Of a stretch of DNA of 64,000 nt, positions 37,621-47,000 are shown one piece after another. The stretch spans positions 896,386 to 960,385 of the forward strand of contig CAMOOO010000001.1 of the NCBI GenBank assembly GCA_946621465.1. Reading direction: 5' to 3'. The first letter of the stretch is position 1. Each line of letters starts with the position of its first letter. The notes under the pieces are model-generated. The model did no database searches. It was given only the letters and a program-made list of their open reading frames with translations, and was not told the origin of the DNA. Source of the DNA: an uncultured Clostridia bacterium. Lineage in GTDB: Bacteria > Bacillota > Clostridia > Christensenellales > DTU072. The translations under genes and the position numbers were made by a program.

Positions 37621-39981
37621 ATGGCTATTAAGAATAAAAAGTATTCCGGCGCGGATCAGCGCACACCTTCTAAATCACAGTATTTTTCTTGGATAAACAG
37701 CACTAATGAAGGCTCGACGGAATATCAGACGATGGTGAATTTAGACTTTTTTGCCTATATGCAAAAAACGTACGGCATGAAGCTGGATATATACGCTTGG
37801 GACGCCGGGAACTTGGACGGCGCGGAGGGAACGTACGAAACGCCTGATAGTCCCAAAATCAAGGCGCAATACCCAAACGGCTATGCTCCGATAGTGGAAA
37901 AGGCGAAAACATGCGGTATACGCTTGGGCGTTTGGGCAGGGCTGGACGGATATGGAGATACCGCGGAAAGCGAAGAGGAAAGACGAGAAATTTTTGTAAA
38001 ACTGTGCCGCGACTATAACTTTGCGCTGTTTAAATTCGACGGCGTGTGCGGAAACGTCAGAAAAGAAAGGAGAGAGGCTTTTATTAAGACGCTGATAGAG
38101 TGTCGGAAAAGCTGTCCCGATCTGATCGTACTAAATCACAGGAACCAAGTAGGAAAAGCAAAGAAATACCTCACGACTACGCTTTGGCAGGGGCGAGAGA
38201 CGTACGTAGACGTTTTATCCAAAAACGATACGACCGCGCCGCACCATCGCGCTTTTGCTTTCACGCGCGGACTGACGCCTTTTCTGAATAGGTTAAAGGA
38301 AGATCATGGCGTTTGTATATCCTCTTTTCTCGATTATTTCGAGGATGAATTGATTATTCAGGCTTTCGGAAGATGTTTGATCCTCGCTCCCGAAATCTAC
38401 GGGAACCCCTGGTTTTTGCGAGATGACGAATTGCCCATGCTTGCGCGGATCTTCAATTTGCATAAAAGGTATGCGGATATACTGGTAAACGGTAAACGTC
38501 TGCCCCTATCGTACGGGAAGTACGCCGTGTCGCGCGGCGATAAAAGCAGGCGTTTTATCTGCTTGTCCAATCACGAGTGGAAGAGTAAAACAGTCGAATT
38601 GAAAATCAACGGTACCCTCGGACTACGCGGGGGCAAAAAGTACGCGGTAATAAAGCGATTCCCCTATGAAACCTTAATGGGAATCTATAATAAAAACGAC
38701 ACCGTCAGCATAGAAATCATGCCTTTCAGGGCGGCACTGATCGAGGTGGTCGAAGAAAGTCTATGTGAAAAGACGTTATGCGGCGCCGAATACTTCGTTC
38801 TGCATGAGAATGAAAAGGGAGAACCGGACGCAATAAAGGTGCTGAAATCGGACGGAAAAATAAGTTCTTATTGCCACGGAAAGTCAAGCATATTGCCCGG
38901 CCTGCCCTTGTTTGACCACCGGGAACAGGCACCTATTTATCTGGGACGGGCCTACGACTCCGAAGTGCCGGCAGACGACAGACGATTCTACGAGACGGCA
39001 ACGTTTGCGGTCAATAACGATTCGTTGGAGCGGCAAGCCGTTTCGAGATCGGGTAGCAGTAAAATCGACGTGGTGAACGCCTGCCGAGACGCTTTCTTCA
39101 ATCAAAAAACCTATCTACACAGAGGTTGCGATTCGGCGGCGATGTTCGATGACAATGAGGACACTTTTTTTGACGCCCAAAGCCTTGTTTTCCGAAAAAA
39201 AGGCTTCAGAATAGACGGCGGTTGTTTGCGAGTGGATATAGGCGAGGCATCCTATATCGACGATATTGTGATCGAATACTTTGAAGCAGACAGCGAGAGC
39301 GAGCAATTCCCCAAACAGCATATCGAAGAATTCGCCCAGTACTCCGTCGACCTATCTGCGTGGAATAAAACAGCACCGGTGGAAATTAAGCCGGAGAAGG
39401 AATACACGGCGATATCCGTCGTGGAAAACGTACATAATCAAGAACCGGTAAAAGGAAAACTGATGACGGCGCGGTACTCGGTAAACGGTACCTTGCGGTA
39501 TTTTACATTGAACGCCCCGCCCTATCGGATACATTCCTTTAAAGCATTGGTAAAAGGCAAACCCGTGCGCTTGACCGGGATGAAAGCAAACAACCTGATG
39601 GCCCCATACGAATGCAGAAAGACGAAGAAATGTAAAACGGCGGAAATCACTTTACCGCAAAATGCGGATGGTAAGTTCCTTGCCTGCGCGGTAAAAGGAA
39701 AGCACGGCGCCGAAGGCGTTTACGTCGTTGCGGAGTGCAATGGAAAACTATTCGGAGCGTACGACCGCGCGAGCGCCTTCCCTGCGAACGTTTGGGAACA
39801 TCTCGTTACAACCTCGAACTCCGATTACACCTATTACGTCGCCATCCCCAAAGAGGCATACGGCATGAAAATGAAGGTCCATTTCCTCTTTAATAGCGAG
39901 AAAATATCCGAGTTACAACCGGAGGTGTATATTTGCGACAAACACGTCGAAAGAAACGGGGTAATATTGACCGATATTTAA
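37621..39981 (+). CDS. 786-aa hypothetical protein, putative glycoside hydrolase (TIM-barrel-like N-half, beta-rich C-half), family unassigned
   Basis: ORF 37531..39981, start moved to MAIKNKKY (ATG 37621, RBS AAGGAG). The N-half reads YFSWINSTNEG...LDIYAWDAGNLDG...GIRLGVWAG...ALFKFDGV, reminiscent of melibiase-like barrels. This is context- and motif-level inference only. Confidence 0.4.
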   Translation: MAIKNKKYSGADQRTPSKSQYFSWINSTNEGSTEYQTMVNLDFFAYMQKTYGMKLDIYAWDAGNLDGAEGTYETPDSPKIKAQYPNGYAPIVEKAKTCGIRLGVWAGLDGYGDTAESEEERREIFVKLCRDYNFALFKFDGVCGNVRKERREAFIKTLIECRKSCPDLIVLNHRNQVGKAKKYLTTTLWQGRETYVDVLSKNDTTAPHHRAFAFTRGLTPFLNRLKEDHGVCISSFLDYFEDELIIQAFGRCLILAPEIYGNPWFLRDDELPMLARIFNLHKRYADILVNGKRLPLSYGKYAVSRGDKSRRFICLSNHEWKSKTVELKINGTLGLRGGKKYAVIKRFPYETLMGIYNKNDTVSIEIMPFRAALIEVVEESLCEKTLCGAEYFVLHENEKGEPDAIKVLKSDGKISSYCHGKSSILPGLPLFDHREQAPIYLGRAYDSEVPADDRRFYETATFAVNNDSLERQAVSRSGSSKIDVVNACRDAFFNQKTYLHRGCDSAAMFDDNEDTFFDAQSLVFRKKGFRIDGGCLRVDIGEASYIDDIVIEYFEADSESEQFPKQHIEEFAQYSVDLSAWNKTAPVEIKPEKEYTAISVVENVHNQEPVKGKLMTARYSVNGTLRYFTLNAPPYRIHSFKALVKGKPVRLTGMKANNLMAPYECRKTKKCKTAEITLPQNADGKFLACAVKGKHGAEGVYVVAECNGKLFGAYDRASAFPANVWEHLVTTSNSDYTYYVAIPKEAYGMKMKVHFLFNSEKISELQPEVYICDKHVERNGVILTDI

Positions 39982-40061
39982 CGAACAAAACATCGAAACA
40001 TAAAGCGGATACGGGCTGACTATACGCTTTACCCGTACAAGTCTTGCTTTTTAATAAAAAC

Positions 40062-40091
40062 TTGACACCGACAAACTTTTAATGATAATAT
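40062..40091 (+). promoter_or_regulatory. putative promoter of the sensor/kinase/regulator genes
   Basis: TTGACA, 18-nt spacer, TAATAT, about 100 nt upstream of the ATG at 40191. Confidence 0.45.
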
Positions 40092-40190
40092 GCAAGAAAC
40101 CGGTATTCTCAGACAAAGAGTTTATTATAAGAAAGCATTAATGTAGTTTTTATGGCGTAATCGCCAAGTAAAAAGGAAGGGACGCGAGGC

Positions 40191-41852
40191 ATGAACGAGG
40201 TAAAAACGGCGCTGAAGAGGATGTCGATATACTATCTTCTTTTGGCGATCAATATTATCTTTTGCGCCAATATTATTGCCGACGTCTTTCCCGGGCGCAA
40301 CCTTTCGACCATTTATTTATTGATACTCTCCGTGTGCCTTGTTTTATACTACTCTCATCGCGTGACGCCGACGGGCGGACTGTCTGCCATGATGAAGTTG
40401 CTATCGGTGATGGGACTACTACTGATTCTACTTCGGGGTATCAAGTACAGCGCCGTGGCGGAAGTGGGTTTTCTTGCCCGACATACCTGGTATCTGTATT
40501 ACGTACCGATGTTGCTTCTTCCGCTGTTTTTATTCTATATCGCTTTGCTTGTTTCTCCAAAGTACAACGCTAAACTTTCCAAATCGTGGTACTGGACGTT
40601 GGCTGTGACCGCCGTTTTAATCGGACTGATTTTAACGAACGATCTACATCAGCAGGCGTTCATTTTTCAACCCGGTTTTGCCAATTGGGATGGCGATTAT
40701 CGGCATGGGTGGCTGTTTTACGTCGTTTCCGCCTGGCAATTCGTGTTGTTTTTGACTTCCATAATTATTTTGGTATTGAAGTGCCGTATCAGCAGTTCAA
40801 AAAAATCCGCTTGGATTATTTTGATCCCGTTTGCCATCGGTCTCGTTATGTACGCCCTGCTCCTGACCGACAAAGTGCCGATTATTAACGTCGCGCCCAT
40901 TTTCGAGTTCCCCGAGGCGCACATTTTTACCGCGGCGACCGTACTGGAATGTTGTATGCAATTAGGGCTTGTTCCGACGAACAAGGACTACGGAAAGCTG
41001 TTCAGGAACCTGTCCATTTCGGCGCAGATAACCGACCGGAAAGGAACGCCCGTATATTCCTCTTCTTCTGCGGTGACGCTGACAAGGGAGCAGTTTTCCG
41101 CCGAGGACGGGGCGCGCATAGGGGAACACACCGTTCTACATAAAATGCCACTCCCCGGGGGATACGGTTTTTGGCAGGACGACATGACCGAACTGGACAG
41201 ATTAAACGACGAACTGGAAGAGGCCAAAGAGGGGCTGGCGCAGGAAGCGGAATTGATACGTCTGAAAAACGAACTGAAAGAAAAAAAGACCAAGATCACG
41301 CAACGGACGCTGGTGTACGACACCATTGCCAAATACACGCAAAAGCAGTCGCAAGCCATCTCCTTCTATGCAAAAATGGCGCGCAATTCATCCGATGCGC
41401 GGGTAAAAGAGGATTGTCGGCGGCGGATCGTACTGCTCGGCGCCTACATAAAACGCTACGCCAATTTGATGCTGATTTCGCAAGAAAGCGACCTCATCGA
41501 AGCCGGAGAACTGAGTCTATCCGTTGCGGAAGTTTTACGCTATCTCAATTACTGCGGCGTCCCGGGCGAAGTAATCAACAACGCGGAATGCACGTTGCCG
41601 GCGAACGCGACGCTCGCCGTGTTCGAGGCCTTTGAAACGCTGCTGGAAGCAAACTATCCGCGTTTACGTGGGGTCTTTGTACACCTGTCGGTAAAAGATA
41701 AGGCGCTTATTAAACTGATCGTCGAAAACCTTTCCGAATCTATTCCTAAAGACATACTGCGGCGGCTTACCGCGGTCGGAGTGGGCTACGAAAGCAAGCT
41801 CGAAGACAACGTAACGTATATCTACTTTTCCATGCAGGGAGGGACGGTATGA
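40191..41852 (+). CDS. 7TM membrane sensor with degenerate (His-less) histidine-kinase-like C-terminus
   Basis: 553 aa with about 7 N-terminal TM helices and a coiled coil (LDRLNDELEEAKEGLAQEAELIRLKNELKEKK). The H-box position reads TLVYDTIAKYTQKQ (Tyr where His is expected). The ATPase-like part lacks clear N/G boxes. Confidence 0.6.
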   Translation: MNEVKTALKRMSIYYLLLAINIIFCANIIADVFPGRNLSTIYLLILSVCLVLYYSHRVTPTGGLSAMMKLLSVMGLLLILLRGIKYSAVAEVGFLARHTWYLYYVPMLLLPLFLFYIALLVSPKYNAKLSKSWYWTLAVTAVLIGLILTNDLHQQAFIFQPGFANWDGDYRHGWLFYVVSAWQFVLFLTSIIILVLKCRISSSKKSAWIILIPFAIGLVMYALLLTDKVPIINVAPIFEFPEAHIFTAATVLECCMQLGLVPTNKDYGKLFRNLSISAQITDRKGTPVYSSSSAVTLTREQFSAEDGARIGEHTVLHKMPLPGGYGFWQDDMTELDRLNDELEEAKEGLAQEAELIRLKNELKEKKTKITQRTLVYDTIAKYTQKQSQAISFYAKMARNSSDARVKEDCRRRIVLLGAYIKRYANLMLISQESDLIEAGELSLSVAEVLRYLNYCGVPGEVINNAECTLPANATLAVFEAFETLLEANYPRLRGVFVHLSVKDKALIKLIVENLSESIPKDILRRLTAVGVGYESKLEDNVTYIYFSMQGGTV

Positions 41853-43078
41853 CCTCGTTTGGTACGCTCTCCTCTCTTATCCGCGCCCTATTCGCCCTTT
41901 GGGCGCTCCTGCTATGCCTGACCAATATCAGCAGCTTTCTTCTTGCCATACTAAAAAAACGTTATCTCGTTTCCGCCATTGCGCTGATCTTGTTTTTACC
42001 CGTGTACTTTATGTGGCAGGCTATATTCGACTTTTCTTTGCAAGGAGGCGTGGAGACAGTCCTTTTCCTCTGCCGTGTGCCGTGGGTGTGGTGGCTTATT
42101 ACTTTTATCGCGCTGACCGTCGCGGCGGCCTTTGTCCTCGGGTATAACATCCGCTATGAAAAAAACTACGTAACGCCCGGAACGATAAAGATTTATCTTG
42201 ACAAAATGCCCTGCGGCGTGTGCTGTTGGCGCGCAAATGGGCAGGTACTTTTTTCCAATATCTGCATGAACGAACTGTGCCTTGCCTTGACAGGCGGACC
42301 GCTACTTAGCGGCAATCATTTTTACGATGCGGTTGCAGACGGAATACTGACGATCAAGGATAAAAAATGGCGTTTTTCTTGCCGGGAGATAACCATAGGG
42401 GGAGAACGTCTGCGCGAAATGATCGCCTCCGACATTACCGCGGAGTACACCAAAACGCAAACGCTGGAAGCGGACAAGGCAGAACTATCCAGACTCAATC
42501 TCGAACTCAAAGAATACACTCTCGGCATTGACGAGACCGTTCGCCGCCAAGAGATTTTGCAGGCAAAAGTCAATATTCACGACGAAATGAACAGGTTGAT
42601 GCTCTCGACCATGATTGCGGAAAGCGAGGACAGCGCGACGCTGGACCATATCTTTTCCCTTTGGGAACAAAACGCCCTGCTCCTATGTATGGAAGCGGAA
42701 AATAGCGAAGAAACGATCGCCCGTATCGACAGGCTCGCGCAGTCGTTGAAGATCCGGCTGATCCGCCCCGAACTCCCCGAATTTATGACGGAAGAACAGC
42801 GGAGTTTGTTCTTTTCCGCCGCGCAAGAAGCCCTCGCCAACGCCGCAAAGCACGCGCGGGCTACGACGATGGAAATATCTTTTGAAGAAAAAGAAGATAC
42901 CCTTTGTTGTCACTTTTCAAACGACGGAAGCATGCCTGAAAGGGAGGTAAACTTCTGCGGCGGACTATCCAATCTCAGGAGAATGGCGGAGGAACAAAAC
43001 GCCGCCCTTTCGGTCGCTATAAAGGAGACCTTTATCCTCACCATCGTTTTTCCCGGAAAAAATAAGCCGATTGGCTGA
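41849..43078 (+). CDS. sensor histidine kinase (HisKA_3/NarL-partner type)
   Basis: 409 aa with N-terminal TM helices and a PAS-like segment. H-box VNIHDEMNRLM, N-box QEALANAAKHA, then FSNDG and GGLSNLRRM. ATGA overlap with the upstream gene. Confidence 0.8.
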   Translation: MTSFGTLSSLIRALFALWALLLCLTNISSFLLAILKKRYLVSAIALILFLPVYFMWQAIFDFSLQGGVETVLFLCRVPWVWWLITFIALTVAAAFVLGYNIRYEKNYVTPGTIKIYLDKMPCGVCCWRANGQVLFSNICMNELCLALTGGPLLSGNHFYDAVADGILTIKDKKWRFSCREITIGGERLREMIASDITAEYTKTQTLEADKAELSRLNLELKEYTLGIDETVRRQEILQAKVNIHDEMNRLMLSTMIAESEDSATLDHIFSLWEQNALLLCMEAENSEETIARIDRLAQSLKIRLIRPELPEFMTEEQRSLFFSAAQEALANAAKHARATTMEISFEEKEDTLCCHFSNDGSMPEREVNFCGGLSNLRRMAEEQNAALSVAIKETFILTIVFPGKNKPIG

Positions 43079-43180
43079 TGTAAAATCGGTCCCCGGGTGC
43101 TAAAATATCAGATATGGACGCGAAAGCGTCCCTTGCAGGAAACACCCTGCCTTACTTACCCAAAAAGGAGGAACCTCGAC

Positions 43181-43810
43181 ATGGCGTACAAAGTGTTAAT
43201 TGTGGAAGATCAGGATATCCCCAGAGAACTCTTTAAAATCTACATCGGCGCGAGCGAAAAATTCGAGCATCTCCTTTCCATTTCCAACGCCTCGGCAGCG
43301 CTATCCGTTTGCCAAAACAACAAAGTCGACCTCATTTTAATGGACGTCATGACGGAGCTTGATCACAGCGGACTGGACGCGGCAGAGGAGATAAAACGGC
43401 AATTCCCGAATATAAAAATCATTATCGTAACGTCCATGCCCGAATACTCCTGGCTGTCGCGCGCAAGGAAAATCGGCGTGGACTCCTTTTGGTATAAAGA
43501 CGGTCAAAAAAACAGCATCCTCGACGTCATGGAACGCACGATGGCAGGCGAACACATCTACCCGGACGAAACGCCGCTTATCCGCATCGGCAACACCACC
43601 AATCACGAGTTTACCGAGCGAGAACTGGACGTATTAAAGGAGCTGACTACCGGGGACACCAATACGGAGATCGCAAAAAGGCTGTTTATTTCTCTTGCCA
43701 CCGTAAAAAGTCACATCCAGCACCTGATGGAAAAGACCGGTTTTAAGACGCGCACGGAGCTTGTTTCCGAGGCGCGCAGATTGGGGATCGTCATAAAAGA
43801 TAAACATTGA
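43181..43810 (+). CDS. LuxR/NarL-family response regulator
   Basis: ORF 43097..43810, start moved to MAYKVLIVEDQ (ATG 43181, RBS AAAGGAGGA). REC domain (DLILMDV) plus HTH TERELDVLKELTTGDTNTEIAKRLFISLATVKSHIQHL. Confidence 0.85.
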   Translation: MAYKVLIVEDQDIPRELFKIYIGASEKFEHLLSISNASAALSVCQNNKVDLILMDVMTELDHSGLDAAEEIKRQFPNIKIIIVTSMPEYSWLSRARKIGVDSFWYKDGQKNSILDVMERTMAGEHIYPDETPLIRIGNTTNHEFTERELDVLKELTTGDTNTEIAKRLFISLATVKSHIQHLMEKTGFKTRTELVSEARRLGIVIKDKH

Positions 43811-43850
43811 TCCGCCATTAAAGTACCGAAACTTCTTTTTATCGAAACAT

Positions 43851-43883
43851 GACTCTCTTTTTCGGGGAGTCTTTTGTTTTTTT
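43851..43883 (+). terminator. rho-independent terminator after the response regulator
   Basis: GACTCTC-TTTTTCG-GGGAGTC followed by TTTTGTTTTTTT. Confidence 0.65.
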
Positions 43884-44062
43884 AGAAAACATTGTAATCA
43901 TTCGTTTTTTCTCCGAAAATGGGGGTAATATCATCCGAATGGCTGATGCGAAATAAGGATATTTATTGCTATAGTTATATTGGTATTGTATTTCCATTGA
44001 GCGCGAATGCGCTTAGCAAAGTAAATAGTATTCAATTAGTATTATAATAGGAGGAAAAATCG

Positions 44063-47000
44063 ATGAAAATCACGTTTTTTCAACGAAGCAAACGAAAAGC
44101 ACCGGTGCTTATTCTGACGTTTGTTTTGGCGATCAGCATGCTCGGAGTGATGGCTGCCTGTAGTAGCGGACACAAAGCGTATGCCGATGACGCAACGCCT
44201 ATCACTTGGCTCTATGTCAACGTCACTGAGGCGTTCGGCAGCATAACGATGCCCAACGAGAACTCTAACAGTGCCGGACTCCCAACCAGCTCATTTTCCC
44301 GCATGAAAGGAAGCGCAAGCGATGGGACGATGTCGTATACCGTCACTTTTCAAAGAGGTGCCGAGGGTTACGTGTTTGATGACAACGTAGAACTCTATGT
44401 CAACGGCATTAAATATGACAGCGACAAACGCAGCCTCAGTGAAGATAAGAAGACATTATCTTTCAGCTATACGGCTAAGCCCGTCTTGATAAAACTGTAC
44501 GAAGGGACGTATGACAATACTCATGCTAACGATATGACGGAGGATGAACTCATTACCGATACCATCGATTTCGGCACAGTCACCAAGAGCGGTCTTGCTT
44601 CGACGCCCAATAAAGATTTGACGATCAAAAACCCCGGGCAGTCGGGAAGAGACCGTTATTCAGGAACACTCGGGTTGCAACTTATTCCACCCACTTCCGA
44701 GAGTGGTCCGGAGAGCAACCCGGAGAGTTCATCCAGCAGTAGCAGTAGTAGTAGCAATCCCGAAAGCGGACCCGATAGTTCATCCAGTAGTAGCAGTAGC
44801 AGCGGTCCTGTTGCTTTCGGATTTTACCCCTCAAATAGCACAAGTATTTCGATCGCGACTATCCAGGCAGGATTGACCGCGAATTTTTCCATTTCACTCA
44901 ATGATACTTTGGATGTAGGGACATATACTTGGACGTTACGGATACAGTCCACAGGGACGGACTCCTTTGGAAGTCTTCCCGTCGCACAAATCGACTATAC
45001 GGTCGCAATCACCGTCGAAGAGGATCCCGCTCCGACGCAGCACTTGAAGGCGATCTATACTGCCTATAGCACGGAACTTGCCAGTGGCACGACCATTCCT
45101 TCTTTCGGTACGGCGGACATTGAAGAAGTAAGTTCTCTCCCTTCCAAACAGTTCACTTTCGTAAACGACGGCACGGAGACCATGACGGGCGTTACCATCG
45201 AAACCAATAACCCGTTGTTTTTGGTGAACGGCAGCGTTAGCTATAACGCCGGTACTCTGGCGGTGGGTCAATCGGTCACCGTTACCGTTACCCTTGGGAC
45301 GGCTTCGCAGGCAGGCACCTTCCAAGTCCCTTTGCAATATCAGAACGGCGCAAAAACTTTCGAGGGGTACCTCGTCTTGCAAGTCACCGTCACCGACGAT
45401 ATTCCGGCGCTCGCGTTGGAAGCCTATGACGGCGAGACGAAGATCACTTCTTCATCATACACCCACAACTTCGGCGAAGTAGCCTACGGCGCAAACGCGC
45501 CTGCCGCGCACCCCTTCCGACTGGTCAACGTCGGCAGGAACGCAACGGGCAACATTACCGTTATCAACAACGTTTCGGACGGAAAGACGCAAGGATTCCA
45601 AGCGGTGAGCGTCATAAGTAATATTGACAAAAACGGCGAATATAATCTTTACGTTCAGCCCAAATCCGGGCTTGCCGTAGGGACCTATACTTCAGTTATT
45701 CTTGTTCGTTTTTCCACCAACGTCGTCGCGACGAACTTCCGGGTGACCTTTACCGTCTATACGGAGTCACAAGTAACCTCTATCGTTATTCCGGCAGAAA
45801 AAGCCGCTCAGCCGGTAACCGGTAACACCATTACCACCTTAAACGGTAATGGCACCGGGTACAATTACGTCGTACGCTATCAAGAACAGTCCGGCGAAGA
45901 ATGGATCACCGTTACTTCCGGGACCTTCGCCGCGGGCAAAACGTACAGAGCGTGGGTAACCGCCACCGCAAACAAGAGTACGCACTACACCTTTTCCGGC
46001 AGCGTCACCATGACGATCGGTGGTTCTTCCGCCGAAAGTTTCACGACAACGAGCGAGAAGGCAACGGGATATAAAACCTTTGAACAGCTCCCACCCGACG
46101 ATTTCGCGTTGGAATTGGCGTCCTATTCTTCTTTAACTTATGAAAACACAGCTTACTACTTTGTATCGGTAGTAGATGAATATCTCGTGACAACTCCGGG
46201 ATACTTCACTCTCCATAATCCGGGCGCCAATGCGACGGGGGACCTTACGTTATCCTATGAAAAAGTTCCTTCAGGCTACGAAGGGGACACCTTTGAGTCC
46301 GTTTCTGTCATTCCGAGCATCGCGGCGGGCGGCAACTACGTTTTGGAAGTCAAACCTGCCCTCGGAAAGAGTGCAAACTACGACGGAAACTTCATCGAAG
46401 ATATGACGATCTCCAATGCGAATGTAAGTATCACGTTGCGGCTCGTCTTTATCGTCAACAAAAAGCCTTATAAAATAGAAGTAACCTATGAACAGATTGA
46501 GTTGAACAAAGCTTCGAGCAATACGCAAAAAGTAGAACACGAGCTATTCGGCGGCGATGGCGCAAACTTCGCCTTCGACTATTTGTGGGAGGATCCGGAT
46601 AACAGCATTGTTGACAGATATTATGAGAACCTGAAGGTAGGCTATACGCAAGCGGAAGCTAACCGTTTCGAAACGCACATCAGAGTCCGTAACCGTGGTT
46701 CAAATAACCTGACCAATATCACGATGACCCATTCCGGTCCCGGAGACGCCTATTTCGATTTTGATGACGATCTGTCTTCTACGTTAGAAGTCACCAAAAA
46801 CAATGTCGATGGCTTTTACGTCAAACCGAAAGCGGGCGCCCCTGCGGGTACGCATAAGACCACCATGGTGATCACCGCCGACTACGTTGACCCTGTTATC
46901 ATTACTTTCTCTTTCACCGTTAAGATAGAGATTTCCCAAGTGGTCATTTCCGGTCTGACACTCCCCGAAGGATACGACCCGGCGCCGAGAGACCTCGTGG

